A stretch of DNA of 64,000 bases from an uncultured Chitinophaga sp. (GTDB lineage Bacteria; Bacteroidota; Bacteroidia; UBA7662): the NCBI GenBank assembly GCA_964577055.1, contig CAZNWC010000003.1, positions 28,020 to 92,019 of the forward strand, read 5' to 3'. Shown here one piece after another: positions 59,342-64,000 of this stretch. The notes below the pieces were generated by a model that was not told the origin of the DNA, searched no databases, and worked only from the letters and a program-made list of their open reading frames with translations. The position numbers and the translations under genes were made by a program. Every line of letters starts with the position of its first letter. Within the stretch, counting starts at the first letter, position 1.

Positions 59342-61600
59342 ATGATGCGATTAGTTTTTGGAGCCTTGTTGGGACTGTGCTCACTGGCCGTGCAGGCACA
59401 GGTGCCGGTAGGCCAATGGCGTGTACACCTGCCCTATGGATTTGCCACTTGTGTAGAAACAGGGCCCGACCTCGTTTACGTAGGTACCCGCCACGCCATG
59501 TTCACCGTCGATAAAAGCGACAACGAAGTGCGCACCCTGTCGCGCATCAACGGCATGACCGACCAGGGCATCACCGCCTTGCGCTACAGTCCCCGCCACC
59601 AAACCCTGGTGGTGGCCTACGAATCGGGCAATATCGACCTCTACCGCAACGGACGATTTACCATGATCGATGCCATTGTACGGGCCAATATTCCCGGACT
59701 CAAACGCATCAACCATATCTTGCTGCTCGACCGTTTTGCCTACCTGAGCTGTGCTTTTGGTATTGTGGAACTCGACCTCGACCGCAGCGAAATACGCAAT
59801 ACCTTCATCATTGGTCCCAATGGCAGTCGGCTGGGTGTTTATGCCCTCGCTGCCGACAGCAACAATTTTTACGCGGCTACCGACAGCGGCATGTATGTGG
59901 CTTCGCGCAGCGCGCCCAACCTCTCCAATTTTGCTTTTTGGCAAGCCGAAGCCCAATTCAGGAACCGCGCATTGCGCCACATAGCGGCTTTCAACGGGGG
60001 CATTTACACCATTTTGGCCGATAGCCTGTATCGCTTTGAAGCCGACAGCTGGACGGGCGAAGTGCTCGATGCCGGTTTCAACAATACAGGCCTCGAGGCG
60101 CGCAACGGCTATTTGCAGGTCACCAACCTTTTCAGGGTCATCACCTTCGACGGCACGGGCGATGTGAAGCGCACCTTCGCCAATCCACGCATTCAACTGC
60201 CCCGCATGGCCGTGCAAGACGGCGTATACATTTGGATGGCCGACGAGGGTGGTGGTTTGTTCCGTTTCAAAGACGGGGCGTCCGATCAGTTTTTGCCTGC
60301 GGGTCCGGCCAGCGAAAAAGCCGTGCACCTGCATGCCGCGCGTGAGGGTGTAGTGGTTTCGGCCGGGGGCTTCAACTCGGTTTTGGCCAATCGCTTCCAA
60401 AGCGACGGGGCCTTTTTGTTCGCCAATGAACAATGGCAGCAGCTGAACCGCAATTCGCTGAGTGGCTTGCCCAACATGGTCGACGTGATTGCCGCCGCGT
60501 TCGATCCCAACCAGCCGGGCACTTTGTACCTGCTGCCGTGGGGGGGAGGATTGGTAGAGCTCAAAAACAACGCCCTCAGCAAGGTGTACGACCCCACCAA
60601 CAGCAGCCTCGAATACATTCCGGGCAGCGTTGATCCGGCAACGGGCCGAGGCGACACCCGTTTGGGCGGCGTTGCTTTCGATCGCGAGGGGCAATTGTGG
60701 GTGAGCAATTACGGGGCATCGCGCCCCATTTCGTGCCGCAAGGCCGATGGCAGCTGGGAAAGTTACAGCCTGGGCGCATTTACCGAAATCATCGACATGG
60801 TGGTTGACAACAGCGGCAACAAATGGGTGCGTTCGCGTTCGGGCGGGGTGGTGGCCCTCAACCGCGACAATACCCAGTTCAAAAACGTGAGTACGCCCGA
60901 AGGCAGTGGAGGATTGCCCAGTCCGATTGTGAATTGCATGGCCCTCGACAAAGAAGGGGCCTTGTGGATTGGCACCAACGAGGGTCCCGCCGTATTTTTC
61001 AATCCCAACGTGGTGTTCACCCGCGACCGTTTCGATGCGCAGCAAATCAAAATTCAGCAGGAACAATTCGTAGGCTTTTTGCTGGGCAACGAGGTCATTA
61101 CCGCCATTGCCATTGACGGGGCCGACCGCAAGTGGTTTGGCACCACCAATGGGGTTTGGTTGTTTTCGGCCGATGGCACCCAGCAAATCCATCATTTTAC
61201 ACGCGAAAACAGTCCTTTGCTGTCGAACATCATCACCAGTTTGGCCATTCATCCCCAAACGGGCGAAGTATTCATTGGCACCGACAGGGGGGTGATTTCG
61301 TACCGGGGCACAGCCACCGAAGGTGTAAGTACCCACAGCGATGTAAAGGTTTTCCCCAATCCAGTTCGGCCCGAGTACACGGGTTTTGTATCGGTGAATG
61401 GCTTGGTGACCAATGCCTGGATCAAGATCACCGATCTTTCGGGGCAATTGGTGTATCAAACCCGTGCCGATGGCGGCCAAATCAGCTGGAACGGCCGCGA
61501 TTTAAATGGCAATCGAGTGGCCACGGGGGTGTATTTGGTGCTGGCCACGTCGGATTTGGGCGAGGAGACCGTAGCCGCCAAGATTGTGTTCATTCGTTGA
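59342..61600 (+). CDS. Two-component-regulator-propeller (beta-propeller) protein with T9SS C-terminal sorting domain; PorZ-like
   Basis: 752 aa with a signal peptide. Repeated Reg_prop-like blades are followed by a C-terminal CTD KVFPNPVRPEYTGFVSV...TGVYLVLA...KIVFIR. It lies next to recO. Confidence 0.5.
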   Translation: MMRLVFGALLGLCSLAVQAQVPVGQWRVHLPYGFATCVETGPDLVYVGTRHAMFTVDKSDNEVRTLSRINGMTDQGITALRYSPRHQTLVVAYESGNIDLYRNGRFTMIDAIVRANIPGLKRINHILLLDRFAYLSCAFGIVELDLDRSEIRNTFIIGPNGSRLGVYALAADSNNFYAATDSGMYVASRSAPNLSNFAFWQAEAQFRNRALRHIAAFNGGIYTILADSLYRFEADSWTGEVLDAGFNNTGLEARNGYLQVTNLFRVITFDGTGDVKRTFANPRIQLPRMAVQDGVYIWMADEGGGLFRFKDGASDQFLPAGPASEKAVHLHAAREGVVVSAGGFNSVLANRFQSDGAFLFANEQWQQLNRNSLSGLPNMVDVIAAAFDPNQPGTLYLLPWGGGLVELKNNALSKVYDPTNSSLEYIPGSVDPATGRGDTRLGGVAFDREGQLWVSNYGASRPISCRKADGSWESYSLGAFTEIIDMVVDNSGNKWVRSRSGGVVALNRDNTQFKNVSTPEGSGGLPSPIVNCMALDKEGALWIGTNEGPAVFFNPNVVFTRDRFDAQQIKIQQEQFVGFLLGNEVITAIAIDGADRKWFGTTNGVWLFSADGTQQIHHFTRENSPLLSNIITSLAIHPQTGEVFIGTDRGVISYRGTATEGVSTHSDVKVFPNPVRPEYTGFVSVNGLVTNAWIKITDLSGQLVYQTRADGGQISWNGRDLNGNRVATGVYLVLATSDLGEETVAAKIVFIR

Positions 61601-61623
61601 GCAGCTTGCCGTAGTTTTGAGGC

Positions 61624-62331
61624 ATGCAGGTGAAACTTTCGGCCATTGTGTTGCGCACCACGCCCTACAGCGATAGTTCGGTGATTGTGCGGCTATTTAC
61701 CGATGCATACGGCATGCAGTCGTACCTGGTGAATGGTGTCCGCAAAAAAAAGGCGGCCATCACCCCTGCCATGTTGCAACCCCTTACTTTGGTGCAAATT
61801 GAAGCTTACCAGCGCGAAGGTGCAGGGTTGCAGCGGCTCAAAGAACTGCATGTTCAGCCTGTTTTGCCGCGTTTGCAACAAGAGCCCTTGTATGCCATGG
61901 CTGCCAGCTTGTTGGCGGAATGTTTGATGCGTGCCGTGCGCGAAGACAGCGAGCAGCCCGAGTTGTTTGTCTGGTTGCAGCAGCAGGTATTGTTGCTCGA
62001 AACCACCGAGTTGCCTGCGGTAGAAATGTTGGCCATCCTCACGCGTTTGACCGAGTGGCTGGGATTTAAGCCGCAGATGGGGGCTGAGCGATGGACCTGG
62101 TTCAATTTGAAAGAAGGCAGGTTTGAGCCGCAGCACGATATGCGATCGGTATATGCCAGCACGGCATCGGCCCGGCAATTGGCGTACTTTTTAGGCGCCG
62201 ATGCTTTTGGCACGCACGATTTGCCCGGCCCGGCCTACCTCGATGATTTGTTGAAATATTACCAATTCCACCTGCCCGGATTTGGCTTGCCCAAGTCGTT
62301 GGAAGTGGTGCGCGAGATGTTGTTTGTGTAG
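61624..62331 (+). CDS. recO: DNA repair protein RecO
   Basis: 235 aa. The N-terminal OB-fold is AIVLRTTPYSDSSVIVRLFT. The C-terminal domain is helical. Confidence 0.85.
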   Translation: MQVKLSAIVLRTTPYSDSSVIVRLFTDAYGMQSYLVNGVRKKKAAITPAMLQPLTLVQIEAYQREGAGLQRLKELHVQPVLPRLQQEPLYAMAASLLAECLMRAVREDSEQPELFVWLQQQVLLLETTELPAVEMLAILTRLTEWLGFKPQMGAERWTWFNLKEGRFEPQHDMRSVYASTASARQLAYFLGADAFGTHDLPGPAYLDDLLKYYQFHLPGFGLPKSLEVVREMLFV

Positions 62332-62437
62332 TTCGCTGCTTGTTTTGGCCTCGCACAATCAACTTCTTCATGCAACGAAGGGCACCAAAATCAGCTCACC
62401 AATTCGGTAATTCAACAAGGGCCATTAACTTTAGCAA

Positions 62438-63709
62438 ATGCAAAGAACCTTGGTGGTAGCTTGGTCCATCTTGGCCATCAGCCAATACCTGCCCGAATTC
62501 ATGAATTCGTATGCCCTCATGCTGCTGTTGGTGGCCACCCTGGCCTATGCCTGGCGCGAAGGGGGTTGGCAAAGGCCGGCGGCTGCTTGGTGGTATGCCT
62601 TGGTAGCGTTGGGGTTGTGGGTCATTGCCGGAGGCTTGTATGCGCCTGCCAACGACCGTTATGGCCAATTGCTGGGCATGCAAGTGGTGCTGATGGTATT
62701 GCCGGCCTTGCTGCTCTTGCCCAAACGCCTGCCCCACCATTTCCGCCAAAAGGTATGGTGGTGGCTCTATGGCGCCGCCTTGCTGGCCTCTTTGTATGTT
62801 ACCGGTATTGGGGTGTACCGCACCTTGGCTGAGGGAAGGCTGTACGCCTATTTCGCTTCGCATTATTTGTATTATACCGAGCTGGCCGAAAGGCTTATGC
62901 ATCCCGCCTATTTCAGCGCCTTGATGGCCGTAGCCCTCATGGGAGGTGGTTATTTGCGCGAAAAAGGACATTTCAGCAGTCGCTGGTATTGGCTCACGCA
63001 GGGATGGCTGCTGCTGTTTTTGCTGCTGTTGTCGGCCCGCATGGTGCTCATTGCCCTGCTCGTGAGCGGGGTATTGCTGGCCCTGTACCTGGGTTGGCAG
63101 CGGGGCAACAAACGTTTGGTGTGGAGCGCCCTGCTAGGGGCACCCCTTTTTGCTTTGGCAGTTTTTTGGATTTTGCCCGAACGGCTGCAAAGCAGGTTTA
63201 CCGAACTCACCCAGTTCGCCTACGACGTAAAAGCCAGTGAATTGAACCAATTCAGCGGCCTCACGGTGCGCTTGGCCGAGTGGGAGGGGGTGTTTACCGC
63301 CCTCGAAGGACATTGGTGGCTCGGCCATGGCACCGGTGCCGGACAGCCGGCTTTGCGGGCCGGATACGAAAAAATCGGTTTCCAGGTGGGGCTTGATTAC
63401 GACTACAATGCCCACAACCAATACCTCGAAACCTGGCTCCACAACGGCCTCGTGGGCCTGCTGCTGCTGTTGGCTGTTTTTGCCATGGCCTTTCGTACGG
63501 CCTGGCAGCAACACAACTGGCTGGCCCTTTGGTTTGTGCTGTTTATGATGCTGTGCCTGCTGAGCGAAAGCATGCTGTTGCGTCACCGGGGCTTGCTGCT
63601 GCTGGCGGTGTATTTGCCCTTGATGTTGCGGCAGGAGGCGGGGAAGGGGGCGGCGGGGCATAGGGCAAGGGGCACGGGGCATGGGGCAGGGAAGGATGCG
63701 GAGGGATGA
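62438..63709 (+). CDS. O-antigen ligase (Wzy)-family membrane protein, second copy in window
   Basis: 423 aa with ~11 TMs. The Wzy_C motif is ...YDYNAHNQYLETWLHNGLVGLLLL. The C-terminal ~25 codons run into the G-rich repeat, so the exact stop is uncertain. Confidence 0.55.
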   Translation: MQRTLVVAWSILAISQYLPEFMNSYALMLLLVATLAYAWREGGWQRPAAAWWYALVALGLWVIAGGLYAPANDRYGQLLGMQVVLMVLPALLLLPKRLPHHFRQKVWWWLYGAALLASLYVTGIGVYRTLAEGRLYAYFASHYLYYTELAERLMHPAYFSALMAVALMGGGYLREKGHFSSRWYWLTQGWLLLFLLLLSARMVLIALLVSGVLLALYLGWQRGNKRLVWSALLGAPLFALAVFWILPERLQSRFTELTQFAYDVKASELNQFSGLTVRLAEWEGVFTALEGHWWLGHGTGAGQPALRAGYEKIGFQVGLDYDYNAHNQYLETWLHNGLVGLLLLLAVFAMAFRTAWQQHNWLALWFVLFMMLCLLSESMLLRHRGLLLLAVYLPLMLRQEAGKGAAGHRARGTGHGAGKDAEG

Positions 63710-64000
63710 TAACGGAGGCGGTTGGAGCAGGGGCGCAAGGTGCAAGGGGCGGGGTGTTAGATCTATGACCATCTCGGTCATCTCTGTGACCTCCGTGTTT
63801 TGCAAAGTCAGGGAAGGATGCGGAGGGATGATAACGGAGGCGGTTGGAGCAGGGGTGCAAGGTGCATGGGGCAGGGGGTGCGAGGTATTAGGTCTATGAC
63901 CATCTCTGTGACCTCTGTGAACTCCGTGTTTCGCAAAGGCAGGGAAGGAGGCGGAGGGATGATAGCAGAAGCGGTTGGCGTTTGGCGTTCTGCCGGTCCC
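63687..64000. repeat. Tandem repeat, ~2.4 copies of a ~122-131-bp G-rich unit, truncated by window end
   Basis: CAGGGAAGGATGCGGAGGGATGATAACGGAGGCGGTTGGAGCAGGGG... recurs at 63687, 63809 and 63940. Each full unit contains the inverted repeat ATGACC-n5-GGTCAT or a variant of it. Confidence 0.8.

Noticed and set aside
63687-64000. Possible CRISPR array at window edge
   Set aside because: The entire ~122-131-bp unit repeats, with similarity throughout and small indels. It is not a short repeat alternating with unique spacers. No cas genes in the window.

Overview
This 64-kb window looks like a moderately GC-rich Bacteroidota chromosome segment. Three things support that: four proteins end in type IX secretion (T9SS) C-terminal sorting domains, a rbfA / FtsX-like permease pair sits in the arrangement typical of Bacteroidota, and a TAnnTTTG Bacteroidota -7 promoter motif lies in front of a tRNA-Met. 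Gene content is mostly housekeeping (secA, deoC, rbfA, anmK, hflX, radA, greA, ruvC, purF, recO, tsaC/sua5, a LolE-like permease) interleaved with cell-envelope accessory regions. (1) A three-gene block of a 1224-aa CarbopepD-TonB-dependent-receptor-like barrel, a 1327-aa secreted protein with a T9SS CTD-like tail, and a FadL/PorV-like barrel; it is a possible porU-porV locus with an unusual TBDT-like partner. (2) A tandem pair of T9SS cargo proteases, a subtilase (S8) and an M43 metalloprotease, that share the same C-terminal Ig-like repeat and CTD cassette and follow a small lipoprotein. (3) A polysaccharide/LPS island with wzy, wzz, wzx, GT9, GT2, GT4 and lptF/G. It contains a 10-copy ~21-bp tandem repeat in its divergent promoter region and ATGA-coupled lptFG-GT4-GT2 genes. 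(4) A PorZ-like propeller protein with a CTD next to recO. (5) Three same-frame PAS-only ORFs plus an orphan receiver. (6) A ~122-131-bp G-rich tandem repeat at the right edge. I found no CRISPR array, rRNA, integrase or transposase. Family assignments rest on motifs I recognised by eye, and no database search was run. The long antisense and N-terminally extended ORFs in the track are treated as GC-rich artefacts.
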